From positions 416,001 through 480,000 of the forward strand of contig CAXXQS010000001.1 of NCBI GenBank assembly GCA_963674735.2: DNA of 64,000 bases. Direction: 5' to 3'. The notes below the pieces were generated by a model. The model saw only the letters and a list, made by a program, of their open reading frames with translations, made no database searches and was not told the origin of the DNA. The first letter of the stretch is position 1. Each line of letters starts with the position of its first letter. Source of the stretch: Myxococcota bacterium. Its GTDB lineage: Bacteria > Myxococcota_A > SURF-8. Below, piece by piece: positions 38,776-48,300 of the stretch. Made by a program: the position numbers and the translations under genes.

Positions 38776-40581
38776 TCAGGGCTGGCGCGCCAGCTTCTTT
38801 TGCTTGTCGGCATAGCGCGCGATACCGGCTGCGATACCTTTCGCGAGTGTTTCCTGATATTTTTCGCTTCTAAGCCGCTTTTCTTCGGTGGGATTCGAAA
38901 TAAACGAGGCTTCCACCAGGACCGCTGGCATGCGGGCATAAAGCAGGACGTGGAATAGAGCCCGTCGAACACCACGATCCACGGTGTCCTTGTAAAGACG
39001 AGTCGCTCGTTTCACCATGGATTTCTGAATCAAATCCGCCAGCATGATGGAATCCGCCACGTTGACGTTCATGGAAAGATCGGAAAGGATGAATTCCAGG
39101 TCGGAAACCTGTTTGCCGAGTTGCTGGTTTTCGCGAGTGGCCAGACGTTCGGAATACCGATCGGTAGAGTTATTCAGGTAAAAGGTCTCAATTCCTCGGT
39201 GCTTACGCTTTCTATTCGCGTTGCAATGAATCGAAACAAACAGATCGGCGTTGCGTTCATTGGCAATGTCGGTTCGATCGAACAGGGGCAGGTAGGTGTC
39301 GTCTTTGCGTGTCAAGACCACCTGAATCCCGTATTCCTTTTCGAGTATTCGCTTGAGTCGTTTGGAAAGCTTGAGAACGATGTCTTTTTCACGGGTTCCA
39401 CTTGCTCCACGTGCACCGTCGTCATCGCCTCCATGACCCGGATCGATCACCACCAGCTTGACGTCCCGGCTACTGGTGGAACGGGTTTGGGACGGAATGA
39501 GGTTGGCGATGGGATCGCTTGAGGAATCGGTTTGACGAGCGTCTACAGGGGCGGTAGCGCCTTTTATTTCGACGTTGTTGAATGTGATCGTTGCGGATGG
39601 AGGAGACATGCCGTTTGTGAAATGAAATTTTCCTGCGCCGGGAGTCGTTTCGAAAACGATGCGGACCACGTTGTCCTGGTATTGTCCGAGTCGTACACGC
39701 GCGATTCTCGCGTCGTCGACCGCCACTTCGGTGGGGACGCCCGGGTCCAGTTTCGTTTCGCTGAAGTCGAAATAGACGCGTCGCGGCGAACCGTTCGTTG
39801 CTGGAATGCTTCCGTAAGACATGGAACCGAAACGGGAGAGAACCATTTTCAGCTGAGTGGACTCAGTGGTGGTTTTGACCTGAACCGTCTTGACACGGAC
39901 GACATCACTGGAAGGTTGGATCAACTTGCCACTGGACGACGCCAGATCCGCTTCTGTCGGGTGGGGTGAATTTGCCTTTGCTGTTCGCTTGGTCATCTCT
40001 TTGTGGGGGAGCGGCCACTGCCCCCCGAGTTCCAGCAGCAATTTCTTGCTTTTCGCATGCATGTCGCCTTTGGGGAAGCGTTCCAAAGCGCGTGTCAGCA
40101 GCTCTTTCGCACGGTTTTTTTCTCCAAGCTTAACCGACATCGTCGCGGCCCAGTAAAGGCCATCGTCCGCCAAACGGGTATCTCCGCAGCGGGCGGAGAG
40201 CTTTTCGAAAGCCTGGATCGCGGCGCGCCGATCTTTGTCGGCATAAGAAATCAGGCTTAGATCCATATACAAGTTTCCGATATTGTACAAGGAATCGCAG
40301 GTTCGGCGGTGATTGGGGTGGCGTTTGACAATTCGCTCGAAGCGCGAGATGACCGAAAACCATTTATCCCGGTATTTATGCAGGTTTGGATGTTTCTCAA
40401 AGCGGGTCAGAGCGGCTTTCGCGGTTTCATATTCCTGGTCCGCTCCAGCCCAGGCCATCTTCAAACTGAAAGGATTTGCCAGCAGCCAAATCAGGATCAA
40501 CAACCAACCGGTCATGCGTGTGTATTTCATGAGCAGCAACGAACTTCCACCCTTTTTGTCGGCATTTTCAATTTCATCCAC
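38776..40581 (-). CDS. N-acetylmuramoyl-L-alanine amidase (TPR + AMIN + Amidase_3)
   Basis: VVIDPGHGGDD, EKDIVL, LFVSIHCNA and MPAVLVEASF motifs; N-terminal signal and TPR region. Confidence 0.93.
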   Translation of the reverse strand: MDEIENADKKGGSSLLLMKYTRMTGWLLILIWLLANPFSLKMAWAGADQEYETAKAALTRFEKHPNLHKYRDKWFSVISRFERIVKRHPNHRRTCDSLYNIGNLYMDLSLISYADKDRRAAIQAFEKLSARCGDTRLADDGLYWAATMSVKLGEKNRAKELLTRALERFPKGDMHAKSKKLLLELGGQWPLPHKEMTKRTAKANSPHPTEADLASSSGKLIQPSSDVVRVKTVQVKTTTESTQLKMVLSRFGSMSYGSIPATNGSPRRVYFDFSETKLDPGVPTEVAVDDARIARVRLGQYQDNVVRIVFETTPGAGKFHFTNGMSPPSATITFNNVEIKGATAPVDARQTDSSSDPIANLIPSQTRSTSSRDVKLVVIDPGHGGDDDGARGASGTREKDIVLKLSKRLKRILEKEYGIQVVLTRKDDTYLPLFDRTDIANERNADLFVSIHCNANRKRKHRGIETFYLNNSTDRYSERLATRENQQLGKQVSDLEFILSDLSMNVNVADSIMLADLIQKSMVKRATRLYKDTVDRGVRRALFHVLLYARMPAVLVEASFISNPTEEKRLRSEKYQETLAKGIAAGIARYADKQKKLARQP

Positions 40582-40687
40582 TCAGTGTATCCTATCATAC
40601 AATGAGTATAAAAATCAACACGTTATATGGCTTACCAAGCGAAATGTCAAGAGCGGTAGCATGGAATCGGCCGGGAGAGATAAGGGG

Positions 40688-41749
40688 TTACAACACCAAT
40701 GATCCGAGGCATTTCCACTGAAATGAAAGATTCAACCGGCTTTTATTGGCGACGTCAAATGCATGTCCGTCGTTGAAAGAAAAGCGTTGGCGTTGCAAAC
40801 GGGATTTATCCCCCATGAGTATTCGCACGCATTGAGCTACCGACTCAGCCAGGGAGCCGGGGTGATAACCGCCTTCCAAAAAAAAGACGATCCGCCCATC
40901 GCAAACGCGATCCGCGACCTCGACCAGCATGTCGGCGATTTGCGTGATGGCGCTTGTGGACACATCCATTCCACCGATGGGGTCCAGTTGATGAATATCG
41001 AAGCCTGCCGATACCAGGATGAAATCAGGCTGGTATTCTTCCACGATGGGGATGACCATGTATTCGTAAAGCGGCAGATATTCGGTGTCTCCCAAACCGG
41101 CGGGGAGGGGAATATTCACCGTGAAACCGGCCCCGAGTCCGTTCCCGATTTCCTTCGCCTTGCCGGTTCCGGGGAAGTAGGGATACTGATGGGTGGAGCA
41201 ATAGAGAATATCCGGCCGGTCGTAGAACGAGGCTTGTGTCCCGTTCCCATGATGCACATCGAAATCGACGATGGCAATTTTTTTGGGACGTCGGTGCCGA
41301 ACCAGATACTCGGCGGTAATCGCAATGTTGTTGAACAGGCAGAAGCCCATGGTCCGGTCGTAGAGGGCGTGGTGCCCCGGCGGACGGCTCAGCAGGAAGC
41401 CGTTGTCGATTTGACCGTCGAGGACGGCTTGAGCAAGCGCAATACCCGAACCGGCGGCATTCGCGGCGGCTTCGAAGCTTTTTTCGGTGGCCCATGTGTC
41501 GGGATCGAACGAAACGAAGGGCCAGCCCGCAGACGACGCGATTCGTTCGTAGTGAAGTTTCATATGATTGAGGTAGATATCTTCTTCGGTGGCTTGGCGG
41601 ATCGGAATGCGTGTGACTTTTTCGAACAAGCCCTCGGCTTCGAGCTCCTGATAGACCGCGACCAGGCGTGCGGGACTTTCAGGATGGCCATTGGGATCAC
41701 GGAGGTGTTCGATAAACAGAGGATCCCACACGAGGCCGGTTCGCTTCAT
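40688..41749 (-). CDS. Histone deacetylase-family (Zn-dependent) amidohydrolase
   Basis: HPESPARL, RPPGHHA, GFCLFNN, DFDVHHGNGT, SAGFD and LEGGY motifs. Confidence 0.95.
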   Translation of the reverse strand: MKRTGLVWDPLFIEHLRDPNGHPESPARLVAVYQELEAEGLFEKVTRIPIRQATEEDIYLNHMKLHYERIASSAGWPFVSFDPDTWATEKSFEAAANAAGSGIALAQAVLDGQIDNGFLLSRPPGHHALYDRTMGFCLFNNIAITAEYLVRHRRPKKIAIVDFDVHHGNGTQASFYDRPDILYCSTHQYPYFPGTGKAKEIGNGLGAGFTVNIPLPAGLGDTEYLPLYEYMVIPIVEEYQPDFILVSAGFDIHQLDPIGGMDVSTSAITQIADMLVEVADRVCDGRIVFFLEGGYHPGSLAESVAQCVRILMGDKSRLQRQRFSFNDGHAFDVANKSRLNLSFQWKCLGSLVL

Positions 41750-41857
41750 CGCATGTCTTTCGAGTGCTTAGGATTTATCACCATCCCCTATAGGAATACG
41801 ATACGGCGAGGAATACGGAGAGTCAAGGGAATTTCACCGTGTTTACACATGGGGTAC

Positions 41858-41886
41858 AAAAAAAGCGCCGGGAATGCCGGCGCTTC
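41858..41886 (-). terminator. Rho-independent terminator after pnp
   Basis: Minus strand AAGCGCCGG-loop-CCGGCGCTT followed by a T run. Confidence 0.8.
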
Positions 41887-41908
41887 ATAAAAGACTAGAA
41901 TTATTCGA

Positions 41909-44092
41909 TTAACGACGATTTCTGGGTCCGCCGCCCCTGCGGTTGTCGCGGGATCCGCCGCGTGAGGGACCGCGATCGTCGCGGGTGCGTTCGCGCTCGA
42001 CGTAGCCTTCCGGTTTGGGTTGAAGGGCTTTCATGGAAAGGCGCATTTTGCCACCGCGCTCCATGTCGACCAGTTTGACTTCGATGATGTCGCCCTCGTT
42101 CATCGTCCCTTCCATACGCTCGGTGCGCGTCCAGGCGACTTCGGAGATATGCAGCAAGCCCTCGATACCGGGGATGATTTCCACAAAAGCACCGAAATCG
42201 GTGATGCGTTTCACTTTACCCGAGTAGACTTTGCCGATTTCCGGCTCTTCGGTCAGGCCCTTGATGATTTCCATCGCGGCTTCGCAATCCTTCAAATTGG
42301 AGGACGCGATCGTGACGAGACCGTCATCGGCCACATCGATTTTGCAACCGGTTTGTTCCACGATTTCACGAATGGTTTTGCCGCCGGCGCCAATGACGTC
42401 ACGGATCCGGTCGACCGAAATCTGCATCGAGACGATGTGCGGGGCGTAATCGGAATATTCCTTGCGCGGCTCCGGCAGGTGTTCGAGCATTTTGCCCAGA
42501 ATGTGCAACCGGCCTTCTTTGGCCTGGGAAAGCGCGTCGGACAGAACTTCGCGGGTGGTGCCGTCGATCTTGAGATCCATCTGCAGAGCCGTGATACCAT
42601 CGGCGGTACCGCAGACTTTGAAGTCCATGTCGCCGAGGTGATCTTCGTCGCCGAGGATGTCGCTCAGGATCCGGAGCGTGTCGCCTTCCTTCATCAAGCC
42701 CATGGCGATACCCGCCACCGGTTTGCGCAGCGGAACGCCCGCGTCCATCATCGCCAGGCAACCGCCGCAGACGGTGGCCATGGACGAGGAGCCGTTCGAT
42801 TCCAAAATGTCGGAAACGATCCGGACCACATAAGGAAATTCAGGGCTGTCAATGGGAACCATCGTTTTGAGGGCGCGATAGGCCAGGTTTCCGTGACCGA
42901 TTTCGCGGCGGCCGGGGGAACCGAGGCGCTTGACTTCGCCGACCGAGAACGGCGGGAAGTTGTAATGCAGCAGGAACTTCAGGGTGCGGTCGCCCAGGAT
43001 GTCGTCGAGACGCTGGCTATCTCCGCTGGTACCGAGAGTCACGGTGCACATGGCCATGGTTTCACCGCGGGTGAACAGGGCGCTGCCGTGGACGCGCGGA
43101 AGCAGGCTGGATTCGATGGTGATGGGGCGTACTTCGTTCCAATCACGGTAATCGATGCGGCGGCCGTCTTTGATGTAGAGGCTACGAACGTAGTGATATT
43201 TCACTTCTTCAAGGGCTTTGCCGATAAACGCCTTTTCTTCGTCCGGTAGATCGGCCAGGCTTTCTTTTACGGCTTTCTTGGTTTCGCCGACCACGGCGTA
43301 ACGTTCGAGCTTGGTTTTGATCTGGTAAGCTTTTTCGAAACCCGGCATGGCCAGTTCACGGACCTTGGCCAGCAGATTCTCGGGGATCTCGACTTTGTTG
43401 ACTTCCCACTTGGGCTTGCCGACGCTTTCACGCAGTTTGAGCTGCATTTCGATGACCGGCTGGACCCACTCGAAGCCCTTCATCAGCGCTTCGATCATTT
43501 CCTCTTCGCTGGCTTCCAGAGCTTCACCTTCCACCATCACGATGGCGTCGGAAGAGGCCGCCATGAAGATGTCCAGTTTGGAATTCTCCATCACCACCGG
43601 TGACGGGTTGCAGATGTACTCGCCGTCGACCAGACCGACCCGGACGCCCGCGATCGGACGCTCGAAGGGGATGTCCGAGGTGACCAGGGCGGCGGAGGCG
43701 CCGATCATGGCCATGAGATCGGTTTCGTTTTCCATGTCGGCGCAGAAGACGGTGGCGATAACCTGGGTTTCAGCCTTGAACCCTTCGGGGAACAACGGCC
43801 GGATGGGGCGATCGATCATGCGGGAAATCAACACTTCGCGGGCTTGCGGGCGCGATTCGCGTTTGATGTAGCCGCCGGGGAAACGGCCGACGCTGAACAT
43901 TTTTTCGAAGTAATCGACGGTCAGGGGGAAGAAGTCGATGCCTTCGCGCTCTTTTCCGCTGGAGCAGGCCGTAACCAAAACGCGGCTGTCACCGTATTCG
44001 ACCCAGGCGGTTCCATTGGCTTGTTTGGCGAGGCGACCCATCTCAATCGTGAATGGACGACCACCGAAATCTACGGTTTCACGTACTGTCAT
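41909..44092 (-). CDS. pnp: Polyribonucleotide nucleotidyltransferase
   Basis: DFFPLTVDY, RMIDRPIRPLF, RREIGHG, ESNGSSSMA, DHLGDMDFKV; KH and S1 domains. Confidence 0.98.
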   Translation of the reverse strand: MTVRETVDFGGRPFTIEMGRLAKQANGTAWVEYGDSRVLVTACSSGKEREGIDFFPLTVDYFEKMFSVGRFPGGYIKRESRPQAREVLISRMIDRPIRPLFPEGFKAETQVIATVFCADMENETDLMAMIGASAALVTSDIPFERPIAGVRVGLVDGEYICNPSPVVMENSKLDIFMAASSDAIVMVEGEALEASEEEMIEALMKGFEWVQPVIEMQLKLRESVGKPKWEVNKVEIPENLLAKVRELAMPGFEKAYQIKTKLERYAVVGETKKAVKESLADLPDEEKAFIGKALEEVKYHYVRSLYIKDGRRIDYRDWNEVRPITIESSLLPRVHGSALFTRGETMAMCTVTLGTSGDSQRLDDILGDRTLKFLLHYNFPPFSVGEVKRLGSPGRREIGHGNLAYRALKTMVPIDSPEFPYVVRIVSDILESNGSSSMATVCGGCLAMMDAGVPLRKPVAGIAMGLMKEGDTLRILSDILGDEDHLGDMDFKVCGTADGITALQMDLKIDGTTREVLSDALSQAKEGRLHILGKMLEHLPEPRKEYSDYAPHIVSMQISVDRIRDVIGAGGKTIREIVEQTGCKIDVADDGLVTIASSNLKDCEAAMEIIKGLTEEPEIGKVYSGKVKRITDFGAFVEIIPGIEGLLHISEVAWTRTERMEGTMNEGDIIEVKLVDMERGGKMRLSMKALQPKPEGYVERERTRDDRGPSRGGSRDNRRGGGPRNRR

Positions 44093-44155
44093 TATTTTTC
44101 CTGTATTCTGTTAACGTGTTGTTAACGTTATTGCGAATGTGGCATTTGGAGACGC

Positions 44156-44182
44156 AAAAACGGCGTGCCGTGAAGCACGCCG
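44156..44182 (-). terminator. Terminator/attenuator hairpin between rpsO and pnp
   Basis: Minus strand CGGCGTGC-ttcacg-GCACGCCG-TTTTT. Confidence 0.7.
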
Positions 44183-44192
44183 CCCATGCTAC

Positions 44193-44462
44193 CTATTTGC
44201 GGATCCCAAGCTCGCCGATGATTTTGCGATAGCGCTCGACGTCTTTGGACTTGACATAGTCCAGCAGACGGCGTCGCTGGCCGACCAGCTTTAGCAGGCC
44301 GCGGCGGGAATGATGATCTTTGTGATGAATCTTGAAATGCTCGGTGAGTTGCTGAATCCGAGTCGTCAGGAGGGCGATCTGCACTTCTGGCGAACCGGTG
44401 TCGGAATCGTGTGTGCGGTGCTTCGACACGATATCCAGTTTTTCTTCAAACGATAAGGCCAT
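44193..44462 (-). CDS. rpsO: 30S ribosomal protein S15
   Basis: 89 aa from MALSFEEK; [33 protein letters not shown]. Confidence 0.98.
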   Translation of the reverse strand: MALSFEEKLDIVSKHRTHDSDTGSPEVQIALLTTRIQQLTEHFKIHHKDHHSRRGLLKLVGQRRRLLDYVKSKDVERYRKIIGELGIRK

Positions 44463-44519
44463 CTTAAACTCCTGTGCTTTCAACACCTTTTCTTTTATCC
44501 CTTGCTCTAAGGCTGGAAT

Positions 44520-44548
44520 TGTATAGCGGACTTGCCAAGTAATGTCAA
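44520..44548 (-). promoter_or_regulatory. Sigma70-type promoter for rpsO-pnp
   Basis: Minus strand TTGACA-17 nt-TATACA(AT). Confidence 0.6.
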
Positions 44549-44570
44549 TGGAATTTTCGCCGACCAAATG

Positions 44571-45545
44571 TTACGAACTCGGCGGGGTCGGTTCTGCGAT
44601 TCCGCGCAAAACCCGAAGCGCCTCCGTATCGGCGGGAAGTGCGGACCAATCTTCGGCTGGATGCAGGGCTTCCATCAGGGCCATCAGACGTCCTTGTGGA
44701 TCGAGAACCCGCCAGGTTGTGGCCTCCGCATTTGATCCGGTGAACGCCTGCGCCGCCGGACCTGCCAGCAGCGGATGACCGTGGCGGATGCGTTTTTCCG
44801 ACTTCTCGTCTACCTGAAGCATTGGAATATCAAGAGCTTCCGATTCCAGCGCGAGCATCCGGGCGAAGGCTTCGGCATCGTCGGAATCCAACAGCGCATC
44901 GAGTGGCAGGCTTTCCGATAGGGAAAAGGGGCCATGTGCGAGACGCATGAGCGATTGCATGTGACCGCCGCAGCCGAGTTTATCCCCGAGGTCTTTGCAG
45001 AGGCTGCGGACATAGAAACCTTTACTGACGCTCATGTTCAAGCGGAGGCAGGTTTCGTCGATGCTTTCCAGATTCAGTTCGTAAACGTCGACATTTACGG
45101 CTTTTCTTTCGATCACCTCGCCCTGGCGCGCCAGTTTGTAGAGCGGTTGGCCGTCGCGTTTTTTGGCCGAATACATCGGGGGCACCTGAAGAATGGATCC
45201 GCGAAACGACTCCAATGCGCGATGGATCTCCGCTTCGTTGCAGGTGACCGGCTGCTCGCTTGTGATTTCGCCTTCCCGATCATAGGTGTCGGTGGTGACA
45301 CCCAGACGGCATTCCGTGCGGTAGGATTTGCCGCGATCCGACAAGTAGCCCGCCAGTTTGGTGGCTTCATTTACCGCGATGGGAAGGACTCCGGTGGCGA
45401 GCGGGTCGAGCGTTCCGGCGTGGCCCACTTTTTTCAAACGAAAGCGTCGTTTGATTTTAGCCACAACGTGAGCGGATGTCAGCCCGGCGGGCTTGTCGAC
45501 GATCCAGAAACCGTTTGGCGTATCGCGCCCTTTTCGACGGCTCAC
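44571..45545 (-). CDS. truB: tRNA pseudouridine(55) synthase
   Basis: VDKPAGLTS, KVGHAGTLDPLATGVL, QVPPMYSAKK, SKGFYVRSL; GTG start with GAGGAG RBS overlapping the upstream TGA. Confidence 0.95.
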   Translation of the reverse strand: MSRRKGRDTPNGFWIVDKPAGLTSAHVVAKIKRRFRLKKVGHAGTLDPLATGVLPIAVNEATKLAGYLSDRGKSYRTECRLGVTTDTYDREGEITSEQPVTCNEAEIHRALESFRGSILQVPPMYSAKKRDGQPLYKLARQGEVIERKAVNVDVYELNLESIDETCLRLNMSVSKGFYVRSLCKDLGDKLGCGGHMQSLMRLAHGPFSLSESLPLDALLDSDDAEAFARMLALESEALDIPMLQVDEKSEKRIRHGHPLLAGPAAQAFTGSNAEATTWRVLDPQGRLMALMEALHPAEDWSALPADTEALRVLRGIAEPTPPSS

Positions 45546-46174
45546 CACAACTCCTCGATGCGCCAATGCCCATTTTCGTTCAACATTTTCACGGTTTGGC
45601 GACCGTCCTCGCCATAGGTCAACTCGGCGTGGTTTCGATCTATCCGAAAGGGTTGGCAGGCATGCGCGCTTAGCGCTCCGGCCCAATCGATGAGGCTTTC
45701 CGTGAAGCTTTCGGGCCAGGGTGCGTCCGCTATTTCCAGGTTTTGCGGGGCCAAGCGGCGTAAGGCCGTAAAATTGTTTGTCTCGATCAAGTGAAGAGCG
45801 AGAAGCAGGGTCGCTTCCGGGCTGCGATCGTGATACGGGCCGATGGTGGAACACTGCATGCGCCAGCCGTTGCTTTGCTCGACCATTAGGTATTGGTTGT
45901 TACCGATGGAAACCGTGGCGGAGGCATGGGTTTCTTGTCCGCGACGGCCTTCACCGGTTAGATTCACCTGCTTTCGGACCAGGGCATTGTCGATGAACGA
46001 GCTGTCGGTTGAGCATTGGCTGTCTTCCAGCAGGGCGCAGATTGCATGGGCATCGCCGCTGCGCACGGCTTGGTTGTATTTTTGCGCCAGCGCACTTGGA
46101 CCGGTGGCACACCCGCACAGGACAAGAACGAGCAAAACGAGGCATCCTATGAACAAACGGCAAAAGCCCGTCAT
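45542..46174 (-). CDS. Hypothetical lipoprotein
   Basis: Lipobox LCGC; 4-bp overlaps with both psd and truB; the ends of its two halves resemble each other (MVEQSNGWRM / MLNENGHWRI). Confidence 0.75.
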   Translation of the reverse strand: MTGFCRLFIGCLVLLVLVLCGCATGPSALAQKYNQAVRSGDAHAICALLEDSQCSTDSSFIDNALVRKQVNLTGEGRRGQETHASATVSIGNNQYLMVEQSNGWRMQCSTIGPYHDRSPEATLLLALHLIETNNFTALRRLAPQNLEIADAPWPESFTESLIDWAGALSAHACQPFRIDRNHAELTYGEDGRQTVKMLNENGHWRIEELW

Positions 46175-47013
46175 GTCAAATCTCCGATCCGTTGACCCAT
46201 CTTGACGGGCTGGTCGAAGCCGTTCGGATCGAGGGTGACCATCTCGGGGCTGAACAGCATCACGACGGTCGAGCCCAGATGGAAAACCCCCAATTCATTG
46301 CCTTTGTTGACGGGGATGACCTCGAAGTATTCTTTCTTCGATTCCTTGTGGGCGGAAAATCGCGCGCGTTGCGGGTCGTAGGATTGGGTGATCCGGGCGA
46401 CGCAGGTTGCGCCCACCATAACCACGGCCACTTTTCCGCGATCGGTTTTCATGTAAACGATCAGGCGTTCGTTACGCGAAAACAGGTGATCGATGCTGTG
46501 TGTGGCGGCTGGATTGACGGGGTAGACGGTTCCGGGGACGTAATGAAATCCGGTAACCTGGCCATCGCAGGGAAAGTGCACCCGATGATAATTACCCGGA
46601 CTCAAATAGACGGTTGAATAAGCGCCTCCTGTAAAAGCTTCCGCTTTGTGCGGGGACGCCAGCAAGTCGGCGGCACTGTATTTTTTCCCTTTGATTTGTT
46701 CCAGATCGAGATTTTCAATCAAGCCGGAACGGCCCAAAACACCGTCGGCGGGACTGATCAGAGCCCGGGAATTCGGATCGATGGGGCGGGTACCCGGTTT
46801 CATGTGACGCGTGAAAAACTCATCGAAACTCCGGAATCCGTCTTCGGGAACGACGGCTTCGGAAAGGTCGATACCGAAATGCTCGACATAAGCCGAAATG
46901 ACGGATTGCAGCAGTGCTTGGGGCGGGCGACGGTCTGCGCACCAGCCCATCAAACGGCTAAGCGTTTGCTTCGGAAGCAGATTCAGCCAAAGCCTCGTGG
47001 TTGTTTCACCCAT
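46171..47013 (-). CDS. psd: Phosphatidylserine decarboxylase proenzyme
   Basis: SFDEFFTR, SPADG, QIKGKKYS, YLSPGNYHRVHFP, NER, autocleavage motif FHLGSTVV. Confidence 0.95.
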   Translation of the reverse strand: MGETTTRLWLNLLPKQTLSRLMGWCADRRPPQALLQSVISAYVEHFGIDLSEAVVPEDGFRSFDEFFTRHMKPGTRPIDPNSRALISPADGVLGRSGLIENLDLEQIKGKKYSAADLLASPHKAEAFTGGAYSTVYLSPGNYHRVHFPCDGQVTGFHYVPGTVYPVNPAATHSIDHLFSRNERLIVYMKTDRGKVAVVMVGATCVARITQSYDPQRARFSAHKESKKEYFEVIPVNKGNELGVFHLGSTVVMLFSPEMVTLDPNGFDQPVKMGQRIGDLT

Positions 47014-47050
47014 TATATATGCCTATCGCAAGCGGTTTTCATGGGACCGC

Positions 47051-47079
47051 ACATTAGAAACCCCCTGCAGGGTTGTCAA
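47051..47079 (-). promoter_or_regulatory. Sigma70-type promoter for psd-lipoprotein-truB
   Basis: Minus strand TTGACA-17 nt-TAATGT. Confidence 0.6.
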
Positions 47080-47157
47080 GTTTTATCCACTGAAACGATC
47101 GGACGGTTTCTTTCGACCCTGCATTAGAACCCATGTTGTGACCGTTCAAATCCATTC

Positions 47158-48300
47158 TCAGTCCTCGGATTCATTTTCCGTTTCCGAGTCGCTTTCACCG
47201 ACCTCTTCCCATTCGCCTTCCACCCACGCTTCGGTGTCGAGTTCAGAGGGGGGCTCGGCCTCGAATTCCAGGTCGCTGTCTTCTACCGCTTCAGTTTCGA
47301 CCTCGATATCCATATCCATTTCCGGCCTATCCAGGTCGCCGTCTTCTTCCGCTTCAGTTTCGACCTCGATATCCATATCCATTTCCGGCCTATCCAGGTC
47401 GCCGTCTTCTTCCGCTTCGTCGTCCGTATCGCCATCGACGATGACACCGGTGACATCCAACTCAAAGGCGCCCCGCGCGGCTTCTGCGTCGGCGGAGTAG
47501 CCGGAATCGACGACCAGGAAGTAGACCCGGCTTTCCTGCGAGGAAAAGCTCATGGATTCCGCCCGGCAGTCGTTGGGCTGGCACTCCCAGCGACGGTCGG
47601 AGCCTGCGAGGCAGATGGCACGATCGGAGCATTCCGCCGCCAGTGTCAGTGCCGGATCGTAACCGACTGTCTGTGGTGTCAAAGTGGCGGTGATCCGCGA
47701 ACCTGCAGGAAGATCGATGGAAAAAATCCGGTCGGGCCCCATCAGACTCCATTCGAAGCAGGAATCCGTTACGTCGAAACGGTTGGTCGTGCGGGTGGTG
47801 TCGGTGGTGATGTTGAAGGGCAGGGTTGTGATCGTGATATCCGCCGCACATTGGGTGGGGGAGGTTTCGCAGAGGCAGACTTCGGCGTTCCGTTCGGCAT
47901 CGAACGCACAGCCTAAGGTCGTGGCGTAACCCTGAAAATTGCAGATCGATTCGCAGGAGTCCAGGTGGAAACGACCGGCCTTGCAGGAACAGAGATTGTT
48001 TTCGAAGCAGGCGTCCGGATCGTCGCCTGTGCAGGATCCTTCGCAGTCAAAAGGCGAATATTCGATTTCGGTATCCGAATCGATGGCTTCATCTTCGGTT
48101 TCCCGGTCCCCATCGGAAGGAAAGAAGCCATCTCCATCCGGGAGCGTTTCCGCTTCGCTATCGACGTTATCTCCATCGATCAGCGAGATGTCGCCGTCGG
48201 CGGTCGTGTCGGAGGAGGAATTACTGCAGCCGATGAGGCACGCAAACGCCGCAAACAGAAGGACGCAGAGCAACAAGCGGTAGGGGGTGTGGGTGTTCAT
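47158..48300 (-). CDS. Acidic lipoprotein with DGD stalk, Cys-rich module, PPC-like domain and acidic tail
   Basis: Start MNTHTPY overlaps the dgt stop (ATGA); lipobox LIGC; GPDRIFSIDL...YFLVVDSG module resembling those in the clostripain paralogs. Confidence 0.75.
   Translation of the reverse strand: MNTHTPYRLLLCVLLFAAFACLIGCSNSSSDTTADGDISLIDGDNVDSEAETLPDGDGFFPSDGDRETEDEAIDSDTEIEYSPFDCEGSCTGDDPDACFENNLCSCKAGRFHLDSCESICNFQGYATTLGCAFDAERNAEVCLCETSPTQCAADITITTLPFNITTDTTRTTNRFDVTDSCFEWSLMGPDRIFSIDLPAGSRITATLTPQTVGYDPALTLAAECSDRAICLAGSDRRWECQPNDCRAESMSFSSQESRVYFLVVDSGYSADAEAARGAFELDVTGVIVDGDTDDEAEEDGDLDRPEMDMDIEVETEAEEDGDLDRPEMDMDIEVETEAVEDSDLEFEAEPPSELDTEAWVEGEWEEVGESDSETENESED
47286..47418. 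repeat. Perfect 63-bp tandem duplication (2.1 copies) inside the lipoprotein gene
   Basis: Unit ccgcttcagtttcgacctcgatatccatatccatttccggcctatccaggtcgccgtcttctt starts at 47286 and 47349, with a partial copy at 47412. Confidence 0.95.

Noticed and set aside
40688-41749. HDAC plus SIR2 as a linked deacetylation system
   Set aside because: The genes are 24 kb apart with different base composition and no evidence of linkage.
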